Assembly (NCBI GenBank): GCA_044229665.1 | Contig: JBGASN010000004.1 | Span: 57,836 to 121,835, forward strand | Reading direction: 5' to 3' | From: Holophagaceae bacterium | GTDB taxonomy: Bacteria; Acidobacteriota; Holophagae; Holophagales; Holophagaceae | Length of the DNA stretch: 64,000 nucleotides | In this document: in pieces, positions 17,363 to 25,773 of the stretch | Layout of the letters: every line of letters begins with the position of its first letter | How positions within the stretch are numbered: position 1 is the first letter of the stretch | Translations under genes and position numbers: made by a program | Notes under the pieces: model-generated | What the model was told of the DNA's origin: nothing | Seen by the model: the letters and a program-made list of their open reading frames with translations, nothing else | Database searches by the model: none

Positions 17363-18385
17363 ATGGAAGCGCTCGAGATCCTCATCGTCACCGGCCCCCT
17401 GGGCAGCGGCAAGACCACCGCCGTGAACGTCCTGCTCCGGCAGGCCCTGGCCGAATCGCGCCGGGTATCCGTGCTCATCAACGAATTCGGCGCCGTGGAT
17501 GTGGATGGCACCCTCGTGGCCGCGGAGCGGCCGGAGGTGGCAGGCATCGCGAGCCTCGTGAACGGCTGCGTGTGCTGCAGCCTGCGGGAGGACGTGGTGG
17601 CGACCCTGGCCGCCTGGGCGGATGCACCCGAAGGTCAGCGTCCCGACCGCATCGTCCTGGAGACCACGGGGCTGGCGGATCCCACGGACCTCCTGGACCT
17701 GGAGCTGGAGCCCACCCTGGCGGGCCGGATCCGCATCCGGGGCGTGCTCACCGTGCTGAGCTGCCTGTCCCCCCTCCACCACCTGAAGCAACGGGACCTC
17801 CTGAAGCGCCAGGTGGGTCTGGCGAGCCTGCTGTACCTCAGCAAGGCGGACCTGGATCCCTCTGCGGCGGTGGCCTGGCTCGGGGAGCTGAAGACCGCCC
17901 ATCCAGGCCTCACGGTGATCCAGACACGCCAGGGCGTGGCGCCGGAGGGTTCCCCGGATCCCTGGTCGGGGGACCCCGTGCGACCCGAGGGCTGGGCGGA
18001 CAGCCCCGCCACCAGCTTCGCCGACACCCGCAGCTTCAACGTGCCCTTCGACCACCCCGTGGATCCCGCGGCCCTGGAAGCCTGCTTCCTGCCGCCCCTG
18101 CCCGAAGCGCTCGCCGCGGGGGAGCTCCTCCGGGCCAAGGGCGTCTGCGCTTTCGCCGGCTGGGCGCCCCGGGCGGACGGGTCCGACCGCTGGGCCTTCC
18201 AGGTGGCGGATGGCCGCATCGAGATCAGCCCCCTGCCCCTCCTGCCGGATGGCTCCGCCCCCCGTACGTTAGCGGTGGTCATCGGCACAGGATTGGACAC
18301 CGGCGCCTGGAAGGCCGCCCTGCGCGCCCTGGAGCGGGCGCCGGAGGGCGCCCGCCGCAAGGTGGTGCTCCCCGGGCGGGACTGA
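17363..18385 (+). CDS. COG0523/CobW-family G3E GTPase (metallochaperone-like)
   Basis: ORF 16214-18385, ATG at 17363. Walker A GPLGSGKTT, metal-binding GCVCC motif, LETTGLADP, SKADL. Divergent from waaA with a 45-nt spacer. Confidence 0.85.
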   Translation: MEALEILIVTGPLGSGKTTAVNVLLRQALAESRRVSVLINEFGAVDVDGTLVAAERPEVAGIASLVNGCVCCSLREDVVATLAAWADAPEGQRPDRIVLETTGLADPTDLLDLELEPTLAGRIRIRGVLTVLSCLSPLHHLKQRDLLKRQVGLASLLYLSKADLDPSAAVAWLGELKTAHPGLTVIQTRQGVAPEGSPDPWSGDPVRPEGWADSPATSFADTRSFNVPFDHPVDPAALEACFLPPLPEALAAGELLRAKGVCAFAGWAPRADGSDRWAFQVADGRIEISPLPLLPDGSAPRTLAVVIGTGLDTGAWKAALRALERAPEGARRKVVLPGRD

Positions 18386-18525
18386 GCGGGAAGGATTGCC
18401 GGGACGATGCTGCCCCTTGGCGTGACCGCCTCCACAAATTCGGGACGCGGAAAACCAAGAGTTGACTTCCCCCCGGAATGGCCGATTCATCTACTCCCGG
18501 CCACCGGTCCTTTCCCGAGATCCCC

Positions 18526-19404
18526 ATGCGCCTCGTCTGCCCCACCGCCTTCAAAGGGACGCTCAGCCCCGCTGAGGCGGCCCGCCTCCTCATGGAGCCC
18601 GGGGACGTGCTGCTGCCGCTCTCCGATGGTGGAGACGGGTTCCTCGACTGCATCCAGGCGGATCTGGGCGGCACGGTGCGCATGCTCCCCGCGGCCGATG
18701 CCTTCGGGCGCGTACGCGAAGTGCCCATCCTCGAACTGCCGGATGGCACCGTGGTGGTGGAGAGCGCCAAGGTCATCGGCATGGCGGGCCTCGAAGAGCT
18801 GGATCCCTTCCTTGCGACTTCCAAGGGCCTGGGAGATCTCCTCGCCCAACTCCAGGATGCGCCCCGCCTGTGGATCGGCCTGGGTGGCACGGCCACCATG
18901 GATGGCGGCGCCGAGTGGCCCACCCTCAAACTCCCGCCCACCACCGCCTTCTGCGACGTGGAGGCGGACCTCCTGGAGGCGCCGCGGCTCTTCGGACCCC
19001 AGAAGGGCGCGCAGCTCCCCGACATCCCCATCCTGGTGGATCGCCTCAAGGCCCTGGGCCTGCCCCGGGGGCCGCACACCGGCGCCGCCGGCGGCCTGGG
19101 CGCCAAGCTCAAGTCCCTGGGGGCCCGCCTCGTGGACGGTGCGGATGAGCTCATGCGCCTGGTCCACTTCGATGAGGCCTGCCACGACGCCGAAGCCGTG
19201 ATCACCGGGGAGGGCCAGCTGGACGCCACCACCCTGCGGGGCAAGCTGCCCTGGCGCGTGGCGGGTCGGGCCCACGTCCATGGGCTGCCCGTCATCGGGC
19301 ACTTCGGCGGCTACGGCCCCGGGTGGGAGGCCGCCGCCGAGGCCTTCGACGAGCTGCACTTCGGCGACCCCCGCCACGAGGAGCGCCTGCTCCCCATGAT
19401 CTGA
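18526..19404 (+). CDS. Glycerate kinase family protein (compact form)
   Basis: ORF 18478-19404; ATG at 18526 (MRLVCPTAFKGTLSPAEAA). DGGDG, GLGGTATMDGG, FGPQKGA, GAAGGLGA and VITGEGQLD motifs match GlxK/GarK. At about 292 aa it is some 80-90 aa shorter than E. coli GlxK. Confidence 0.7.
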   Translation: MRLVCPTAFKGTLSPAEAARLLMEPGDVLLPLSDGGDGFLDCIQADLGGTVRMLPAADAFGRVREVPILELPDGTVVVESAKVIGMAGLEELDPFLATSKGLGDLLAQLQDAPRLWIGLGGTATMDGGAEWPTLKLPPTTAFCDVEADLLEAPRLFGPQKGAQLPDIPILVDRLKALGLPRGPHTGAAGGLGAKLKSLGARLVDGADELMRLVHFDEACHDAEAVITGEGQLDATTLRGKLPWRVAGRAHVHGLPVIGHFGGYGPGWEAAAEAFDELHFGDPRHEERLLPMI

Positions 19405-19408
19405 GCGC

Positions 19409-21148
19409 CTAGCGCCGCGGTTTCACGGGCTCCGTGGCCGCCTGAGGCTTCAGGGTGATGGTGCCGAGGTCCTTCCCCTTCTCCAGGGAGCCGATGAAGG
19501 ACACGAAGCCCTCCTTCTCCAGCTGCAGGATGGCCTTGGATTTCACCAGCCGGTAGTCCCGGAGGGGGGTGTCCCCCACGTACTCCCGGTCCACGTAGAC
19601 CTTGGCCCCCTCCGGACTGCTCAGCACCGACATGAGGGTGCCCTCGGGTTCCAGGTGGAGGTCCAGGGGCGTTCCCGGGGCCGGCAGGGCCCCCTCGAAG
19701 CCCTTATGGCCCGCCAACCGGATCTGGAGCGTGCGGGCCTGCCCCTTCACGCTGCCTTCGAAGGGGGTGTGGCCCACCGGGGCCCCGTCCACCAGCACTT
19801 CGGCGCCCGGGGGATCCGTGCGGACCTGCAGGCGGCGGCCGCCGCCCCCCCGCAGGGCCACCACGCTCCCGATGATCACGACCAGCACCGCGGCGCCCAC
19901 CATCCAGCCGACCCGGGACTTGGCGGGCGCGGCCGCCGGAACCGGAGCCGGGGCGGGCGCCGTGGGCAGGGGCGTTCGCGCTTCCGGAACCGCGGCGATC
20001 TCGCCCGCCCGCGTGGATTCCAGGTCCACCGTGGGGCTGAAGGCCGTGGCCGTGGGTTCGAAATCGAGGAAGGCCAGGGGATTCTCCTCCCCCTTGGCCG
20101 GGGCGACCTGGGGAAGTGCGGCCCCGGAGCTCATGGCCTGGGTGGGGAGCAGCGGATCCAGGGCCGGCGAGGGGGTGCGGGCGGAGGGGATGGCCTGGGT
20201 GCCCTCCTCCGCGGCCGCAGCCTGGAGGGGAAGGCCGGGATGGCTGCCCAGGCCGGGAAGCGACATGGGACCGCTCCCGAGGCCCGAGAGGGTGCCTTCC
20301 CCATCCAAGGCGGACTGCAGCCGGCTCTGGGCCGCCGGAGCCAGCTCGCTGGCCTCCAGGAGGGCGTTCAGGAAGGAATGCAGGTCGGGATACCGCGCCA
20401 GGGGATCCTTCTGCAGGGCGATGTGGAAGACCTCCTGCAGGGGCTCCGGCAGGCCGTCCGGCATGAACGGCGGCTCGTTCACCACCTTCAGCAGCGTGGC
20501 GCCCACCGTCTCCCCCACGAAGGGCAGGGTCCCCGTGAAGCACTCATAGGCCGTCACGGCCAGGGCATACCGGTCCGTGGCCGCGGTGGCCTCGCCGCCC
20601 ATGAGCAGCTCCGGGGCGGTGTAGGAGGGGGTGCCCACCACCGTGCCCAGGGCCGTGAGCCGGGTCTGGTCCGCCTGGTTGGCGATGCCGAAGTCCATCA
20701 GCTTCAGACGCCCATCCTGGGACACGAGGATGTTCTCGGGCTTCACATCCCGGTGAACGATGTCGCCCTTGGCGGCGGCCGTGAGGGCATGGGCCGCCTG
20801 GAGCATGAGCCGCAGGATCGTCTCGCCGTCCAGCCGCTTTTCGCGGATCAACCGGGCGAGGCTCACGCCATCCACGAACTCCATGGCCAGGAATGGCCCC
20901 ACGGCCTCATCCTCGCCCACGTCGTAGACCGTGATGATGTTGGGGTGGTTCAGCCGGGCGCTGATCTCCGCCTCCCGCTGGAAGCGCTCCAGGGCGTGCT
21001 CCTGGTCCGACCCGTTCTCCGCCACCACCTTGATGGCCACCCGGCGCTTCAGGAGCGGATCCTGGGCGAGGTAGACGCGCCCCATGGCTCCCTGGCCGAG
21101 GAGGGAGACGACCTGGTAACGACCGATGGTGGTGGGATCGGGCTTCAT
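19409..21148 (-). CDS. Ser/Thr protein kinase with TM anchor and two extracytoplasmic PEGA domains
   Basis: ORF 19409-22819, ATG at 21148 (MKPDPTTIGRYQVVSLLGQGAMGRVYLA). Hanks motifs VAIK, HRDVKPENIL, DFG and TPSYTAPE. A Pro/Ala-rich linker and a TM (WMVGAAVLVVIIGSVVAL) follow. PEGA-like repeats: VRTDPPGAEVLVDGAPVGHTP and SSPEGAKVYVDREYVGDTP. Confidence 0.9.
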   Translation of the reverse strand: MKPDPTTIGRYQVVSLLGQGAMGRVYLAQDPLLKRRVAIKVVAENGSDQEHALERFQREAEISARLNHPNIITVYDVGEDEAVGPFLAMEFVDGVSLARLIREKRLDGETILRLMLQAAHALTAAAKGDIVHRDVKPENILVSQDGRLKLMDFGIANQADQTRLTALGTVVGTPSYTAPELLMGGEATAATDRYALAVTAYECFTGTLPFVGETVGATLLKVVNEPPFMPDGLPEPLQEVFHIALQKDPLARYPDLHSFLNALLEASELAPAAQSRLQSALDGEGTLSGLGSGPMSLPGLGSHPGLPLQAAAAEEGTQAIPSARTPSPALDPLLPTQAMSSGAALPQVAPAKGEENPLAFLDFEPTATAFSPTVDLESTRAGEIAAVPEARTPLPTAPAPAPVPAAAPAKSRVGWMVGAAVLVVIIGSVVALRGGGGRRLQVRTDPPGAEVLVDGAPVGHTPFEGSVKGQARTLQIRLAGHKGFEGALPAPGTPLDLHLEPEGTLMSVLSSPEGAKVYVDREYVGDTPLRDYRLVKSKAILQLEKEGFVSFIGSLEKGKDLGTITLKPQAATEPVKPRR

Positions 21149-21265
21149 GGGGTCCGGTGGGCTTGGCTCCAGCTTGGCATAAAACGGCCTCCGAGGCACC
21201 ATCCTTCGCGCTTCCCCTTGGGATGAACCATCCGGCCCGCTACCATGGAGGGTTGGGGAGAATCG

Positions 21266-22873
21266 ATGCTCGCGGTCCAAAACGTCACCATGCGCTACGG
21301 CGCCAAGGTCCTCTTCGAGGACGTCACCACCACCTTCAACCCCGGTCGCCGCTACGGCCTCACGGGGCCGAACGGGGCCGGCAAGTCCACGTTCATGAAG
21401 ATCCTGGCCGGTGAGATGGAGCAGCAGACGGGCACCGTGCAGCGCCCCCGCAAGATGGGCATCCTGCGCCAGGATCAGTTCGCCTTCGATGATTTCCGGG
21501 TCATCGACACCGTGATCATGGGCAACAAGCCCCTCTGGGCCGCCCTCGAGGAGCGCGACCGGATCTACGAGAAGGCCGAGATGACCGACGAGGACGGCAT
21601 GCGCCTCGGCGAGCTCGAAGGCATCGTGGGCGACGAGGACGGCTACACCGCGGAAGCTGACGCCGCCATCCTGCTCGATGGTCTCGACATCCCCGAGGAG
21701 CTCCACGAGCGCAAGATGAGCGAGCTCCAGGGCGGCCAGAAGGTGCGCGTGCTGCTCGCCCAGGCCCTCTTCGGGCACCCCCAGGCCCTGCTGCTGGACG
21801 AGCCCACGAACCACCTCGACCTCGAATCCATCCACTGGCTCAAGGAATTCCTGAACAACTACGACGGCACCGTGATCGTGATCTCCCACGACCGGCACTT
21901 CCTCAACGCCGTCTGCACCCACATCGCCGACATCGACTACCGCACCATCATCCAGTACACCGGCGGCTACGACGACATGGTCATGGCCAAGACCCAGCTG
22001 CGCTCCCGCATCGAGAGCGAGAACGAGCAGCGGGAGAAGAAGATCGCCCAGCTCAACGAGTTCATCGCCCGCTTCGCCGCCGGCACCCGGTCCAGCCAGG
22101 TGAACAGCCGCCGCAAGGAAGTGGAGCGTCTGGCCCCCGGCGACCTGGCCCGCAGCAACATCCAGCGCCCCTTCATCAAGTTCGAGATGCGCAAGCCCGG
22201 TGGCCGCCACGCCGTGGAGTTCGAGGGCGTCGTGAAGGGCTATGATGCCGAGGGCAAGCGCCTCGACGTCATCAAGGGCTTCACCGCCTCCGTGCAGCGC
22301 GGCGAGAAGATCGCCATCATGGGCCGCAACGGCGTGGGCAAGACCACGCTCCTGAACGCCCTGCTGGCCAACGCCCCCGGCGTCACCGAACCCAACCTCA
22401 GCCTGGAGGCCGGCACGGTGAAGTGGGGCCACGAGGTCTCCGTGGGCTACTTCGCCCAGGACTTCAAGGAGAGCATCCCCAAGGGCTACACCATGGTGGA
22501 CTGGCTCCGCCAGTTCGATCCCGATGCCACCATCGAGCAGATCCGGGGCGTGCTGGGCCAGATGCTCTTCCGCGGTGAGGAAGGGACCAAGAAGACCGAG
22601 GTGCTCTCCGGCGGTGAGGCCTGCCGCCTCATGTTCTGCAAGCTCATGCTCCAGAAGCCCAATGTGCTGGTCTTCGACGAACCCACCAACCACCTGGACC
22701 TGGAAGCCGTGATCGCCGTGAACACGGCGCTCCAGTCCTATCCCGGCACCATTCTCCTGGTCACCCACGATGAGGACCTCATCGATGAGGTGGCCACCCG
22801 CATCTGGAACTTCGACCATGGGAAGATCGAGGATTTCCAGGGCACCTACGAGGAGTACCTGGCCAAGGCCTGA
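21266..22873 (+). CDS. ybiT: ABC-F family ATPase (YbiT-like)
   Basis: ORF 21245-22873; the ATG at 21266 has GGGGAG upstream. Colinear from memory with E. coli YbiT (RYGL.G.NG.GKSTFMKIL.G..E...G.V......+.G.LRQDQFAF..F.V.DTVIMG...LW...). Two Walker A sites and two LSGG signatures. Confidence 0.88.
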   Translation: MLAVQNVTMRYGAKVLFEDVTTTFNPGRRYGLTGPNGAGKSTFMKILAGEMEQQTGTVQRPRKMGILRQDQFAFDDFRVIDTVIMGNKPLWAALEERDRIYEKAEMTDEDGMRLGELEGIVGDEDGYTAEADAAILLDGLDIPEELHERKMSELQGGQKVRVLLAQALFGHPQALLLDEPTNHLDLESIHWLKEFLNNYDGTVIVISHDRHFLNAVCTHIADIDYRTIIQYTGGYDDMVMAKTQLRSRIESENEQREKKIAQLNEFIARFAAGTRSSQVNSRRKEVERLAPGDLARSNIQRPFIKFEMRKPGGRHAVEFEGVVKGYDAEGKRLDVIKGFTASVQRGEKIAIMGRNGVGKTTLLNALLANAPGVTEPNLSLEAGTVKWGHEVSVGYFAQDFKESIPKGYTMVDWLRQFDPDATIEQIRGVLGQMLFRGEEGTKKTEVLSGGEACRLMFCKLMLQKPNVLVFDEPTNHLDLEAVIAVNTALQSYPGTILLVTHDEDLIDEVATRIWNFDHGKIEDFQGTYEEYLAKA

Positions 22874-22942
22874 AGGTCGTCAGGCCATTGACGAACGGCG
22901 CGGGGACTTACAAGGTGGTATGACACCCAACCTGGAGTCCCC

Positions 22943-24424
22943 GTGCCCTGGAGCCTGTCCCTGGAATTGGACCGTTCCCGCACGGAACCGCTCTACCTCC
23001 AGATCGTGGGCGCGGTGGTGGGGGAGATCCGACGGGGCCGGCTCCGCCCCGGGGATCCCCTGCCCGGGACCCGGGCCCTGGCGGAGCAGCTGGGCGTGAA
23101 CCGGAATACCACCCTGGCCGCGTACCAGGAATTGGAGGCCGAAGGCTGGATCGTGTGCGAGCCCGATCGCGGCTCTTTCGTGGCCGAGCAGCGCCCCATC
23201 GGCACGGCGGCGGCGGAGGAATCCATCGCGGCCTCGGATTCCGGCTCCTGGACCGCCCCGACCCCCCTCACGGAGCCCTTCTTCCAGCCCCAGGCCACGG
23301 ATCGGGAAGGGTTCCGCCTGATCCCGGAGCTGCCGGATGTTCGCCTCGCGCCCGTGACCGCCATCCACCGGGCCAACGGCCGGGTGCTGAACCTCCAGCA
23401 GCAGCGGATCCTCCAGCCTGGATGGGATCCCCGGGGGCTGCTGGACCTCAGGGTCTCCCTGAGCCGCTTCCTGCGGGAACTGCGGGGCCTCTCCGTGGAG
23501 CCCGGCAACCTGGTGCTCACCCGCGGACTCATGAGCACCCTGAACCTGGTGAGCCGGACCCTGTTCAGCCCGGGTGACGTGGTGGCTGTGGAGTCCCCGG
23601 CGGCCTTCCGGGTGCTGGAGTCCTTCCGGGCCGCCGGGGCCCGCCTGGTGGCCATTCCGGTCGATGGGGAAGGACTCGATGTGGAGGCCCTGGAGGCCCA
23701 CCTCGCCCGGGAGCCCATCCAGCTGCTCTACACCACCGCGGCTCCCCATCATCCCACTCATGCCGTATTGAGTCCGGAGCGTCGGGCCCGCCTCCTGGCC
23801 CTGGCCGAGACCCACCGCTTCCGCATCCTCGAGGGGGATCCCTCCCTCGGGTTCCAACGGGAACATGCCCCCGCCCTGCCCCTGGCCAGCGAAGACCGCA
23901 CCGGGTGCGTGGTCTACTTCAGCGCCCTGGAGCAGATCCTCGCGCCAGGACTCCAGGTGGGCTTCCTCGCCGGCTTCGCGCCCCTCATCAAGGCCATGGC
24001 CAAGGAGCGGCAGCTCATCGATTGGCCCGGCAATCAGGTGCAGGAGGCCACCATCGAGGAGCTGTTCCGCGATGGTGAGATCCACCGGCACCTCGCCCGC
24101 ATCCGCAAGGTGAACGAGGCCCGGCGGGCCAGCCTGGTGGATCGCCTGCTCTTCCACCTCCACCCCCATGTGCGGGTGGAGGATCCCCGTGAGGGCCTCT
24201 CCCTGTGGGTGGAGGTGGCCGAAGGCATCTCCGTGGATGCCTGGGTGGAGCGGTGCGCCGCCAAGGGGGTGATCTTCTACCCCGGGCGCCTCTACGACTT
24301 CCAGCGCCAGCCGCTCCAGCGGGTCTGCCTGGGCTTCGCCGCCCACGCCGAGGAGGAACAGCACGAAGCCTGCGAGCGCATGGCCGAGGCCCTGAAGGAA
24401 ATCCGGGCCACACGCAGGGCCTGA
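22943..24424 (+). CDS. MocR/GabR-type regulator (GntR HTH fused to a fold-type I aminotransferase-like domain)
   Basis: GTG start. The N-terminal GntR winged helix is PLYLQIVGAVVGEIRRGRLRPGDPLPGTRALAEQLGVNRNTTLAAYQELEAEGWI. The long C-terminal aminotransferase-like domain ends in ...YFSALEQILAPGLQVGFLAG... Confidence 0.85.
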   Translation: MPWSLSLELDRSRTEPLYLQIVGAVVGEIRRGRLRPGDPLPGTRALAEQLGVNRNTTLAAYQELEAEGWIVCEPDRGSFVAEQRPIGTAAAEESIAASDSGSWTAPTPLTEPFFQPQATDREGFRLIPELPDVRLAPVTAIHRANGRVLNLQQQRILQPGWDPRGLLDLRVSLSRFLRELRGLSVEPGNLVLTRGLMSTLNLVSRTLFSPGDVVAVESPAAFRVLESFRAAGARLVAIPVDGEGLDVEALEAHLAREPIQLLYTTAAPHHPTHAVLSPERRARLLALAETHRFRILEGDPSLGFQREHAPALPLASEDRTGCVVYFSALEQILAPGLQVGFLAGFAPLIKAMAKERQLIDWPGNQVQEATIEELFRDGEIHRHLARIRKVNEARRASLVDRLLFHLHPHVRVEDPREGLSLWVEVAEGISVDAWVERCAAKGVIFYPGRLYDFQRQPLQRVCLGFAAHAEEEQHEACERMAEALKEIRATRRA

Positions 24425-24507
24425 CCCATGGCCATTGGCGCCAGGACAACGGCCGATGGGCCGGTTCCTTCGACCAGTGGGGGGCCGCCCCTTCCAACCG
24501 GGAGGAG

Positions 24508-25773
24508 ATGGCCCATCCTGAGCCCATGCGAGCCCCTGCCCTGCTGATCCCCGGACTCCTCCTGCTGGCCTGCGGCGGGGGGGGCGGAAGCGCCCCGTCA
24601 CCAGCTGCACCAGCGAAGCCCGTGATCACGGCCTTCACGGCCACGCCCTCCATCCTCACCGCGGGGCAAACGTCCACCCTGGCCTGGTCGGTGTCCAACG
24701 CGACCACGGTGAAGCTCGGGGGCACCGCCACCACGGCCACCACCCAGCCCGTGACCCCGGGAGCCACCACCACCTACACCCTCCTCGCGGAAGGCCCAGG
24801 GGGCACCGCCAACGCCTCGGTCACCGTCACCGTGGGCACCCAGGCCCCCAAATACGGGGACTTTTCCGGCGCCGACCTCGGCGTCGGGGCCAACCTCAAC
24901 GGCGCGATCCCCTTCCTGGCCGGCAACGCCTGGAACCAGGACATCTCCGCGGCTCCCGTGGATCCGAACAGCGCCAACCTCATCGCCACCATCGGCCTCA
25001 CCAGGGGCCTGCATCCCGACTTCGGCAGCGGGCTCTACAACGGGGCCCCCATCGGGATCCCCTACGTGGTGGTGGCCGGCAGCCAGCCCAAGGTGCCCAT
25101 CACGTTCAACGCCTATGGCTCCGAGAGCGACGCCGGCCCTTACCCCGTGCCCGCGGACGCTCCCATCGAGGGCCAGAAGGCCGATGGCAGCGCCTTCAGC
25201 GGGGATCGGCATGTCCTGGTGATCGACCGGGACGCCAGCCGTCTCTATGAGCTGGGCAACGCCTATCCCCAGGCGGGCGGTGCCTGGCTGGCCAGTGGCG
25301 GAGCCATCTTCACCCTGGATGGCCTCGTGGCCCGCCCCACGGCCCAGCCGGGCTGGACCAGCACCGATGCCGCGGGTCTGCCCATCTTCCCCGGCCTCGC
25401 CCGCTACGAGGAGGCCGCCAGCGGCGCCATCCGCCACGCCCTGCGCTTCACCGTGAACCTGACCCGCCGCGCCTACGTTCCCCCGGCCACCCACTGGGCC
25501 TCCAGCAGTACCGACGTGAACCGGCCCCCCATGGGCATGCGCGTGCGGCTGAAGGCCTCTTTCGTGATCCCCGCCACCTTCACCCCGGAATCCAAGGCGA
25601 TCCTCCAGGCCCTCAAGACCTTCGGGATGATGGTGGCCGACAACGGGAGCGATTGGTACATCACGGGCGCCCCGGACCCCCGGTGGAACAATGCCAAGCT
25701 GCTCGAGGAGCTGGGTGCCGCGAAGGGCAGCGACTTCGAGGTGGTGCGGATGGACGGGCTCGTCACGCCCTAG
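24508..25773 (+). CDS. Secreted lipoprotein: N-terminal Ig-like module plus about 300-aa conserved domain of unknown function
   Basis: ORF 24205-25773. ATG at 24508, or alternatively 24526 (MRAPALLIPGLLLLAC, lipobox LLAC). The C-terminal domain carries conserved-looking motifs GDRHVLVID...LYELGNAY, WTSTDAAGLPIFPGL and IRHALRFTV. I cannot name the family. Confidence 0.7.
   Translation: MAHPEPMRAPALLIPGLLLLACGGGGGSAPSPAAPAKPVITAFTATPSILTAGQTSTLAWSVSNATTVKLGGTATTATTQPVTPGATTTYTLLAEGPGGTANASVTVTVGTQAPKYGDFSGADLGVGANLNGAIPFLAGNAWNQDISAAPVDPNSANLIATIGLTRGLHPDFGSGLYNGAPIGIPYVVVAGSQPKVPITFNAYGSESDAGPYPVPADAPIEGQKADGSAFSGDRHVLVIDRDASRLYELGNAYPQAGGAWLASGGAIFTLDGLVARPTAQPGWTSTDAAGLPIFPGLARYEEAASGAIRHALRFTVNLTRRAYVPPATHWASSSTDVNRPPMGMRVRLKASFVIPATFTPESKAILQALKTFGMMVADNGSDWYITGAPDPRWNNAKLLEELGAAKGSDFEVVRMDGLVTP

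Noticed and set aside
17318-18055. Upstream extension of the waaA ORF, and the long plus-strand ORF 16214-17362
   Set aside because: The extension overlaps the COG0523 GTPase gene on the other strand. WaaA homology begins at the ATG at 17317 and GTPase homology at the ATG at 17363.
18526-19404. Short glycerate kinase as a possible truncated pseudogene
   Set aside because: All the hallmark motifs I can recall (FKGTLS, DGGDG, GGTATMDGG, FGPQKGA, GAAGG, ITGEG) are present in order and in one frame. A compact but intact enzyme is more likely than a pseudogene.
21149-22819. N-terminal 557 codons of the 1136-aa minus-strand ORF (19409-22819)
   Set aside because: This part is antisense to the ABC-F ATPase gene. 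The kinase domain starts cleanly at the ATG at 21148 (subdomain I GxGxxG follows within 20 residues).
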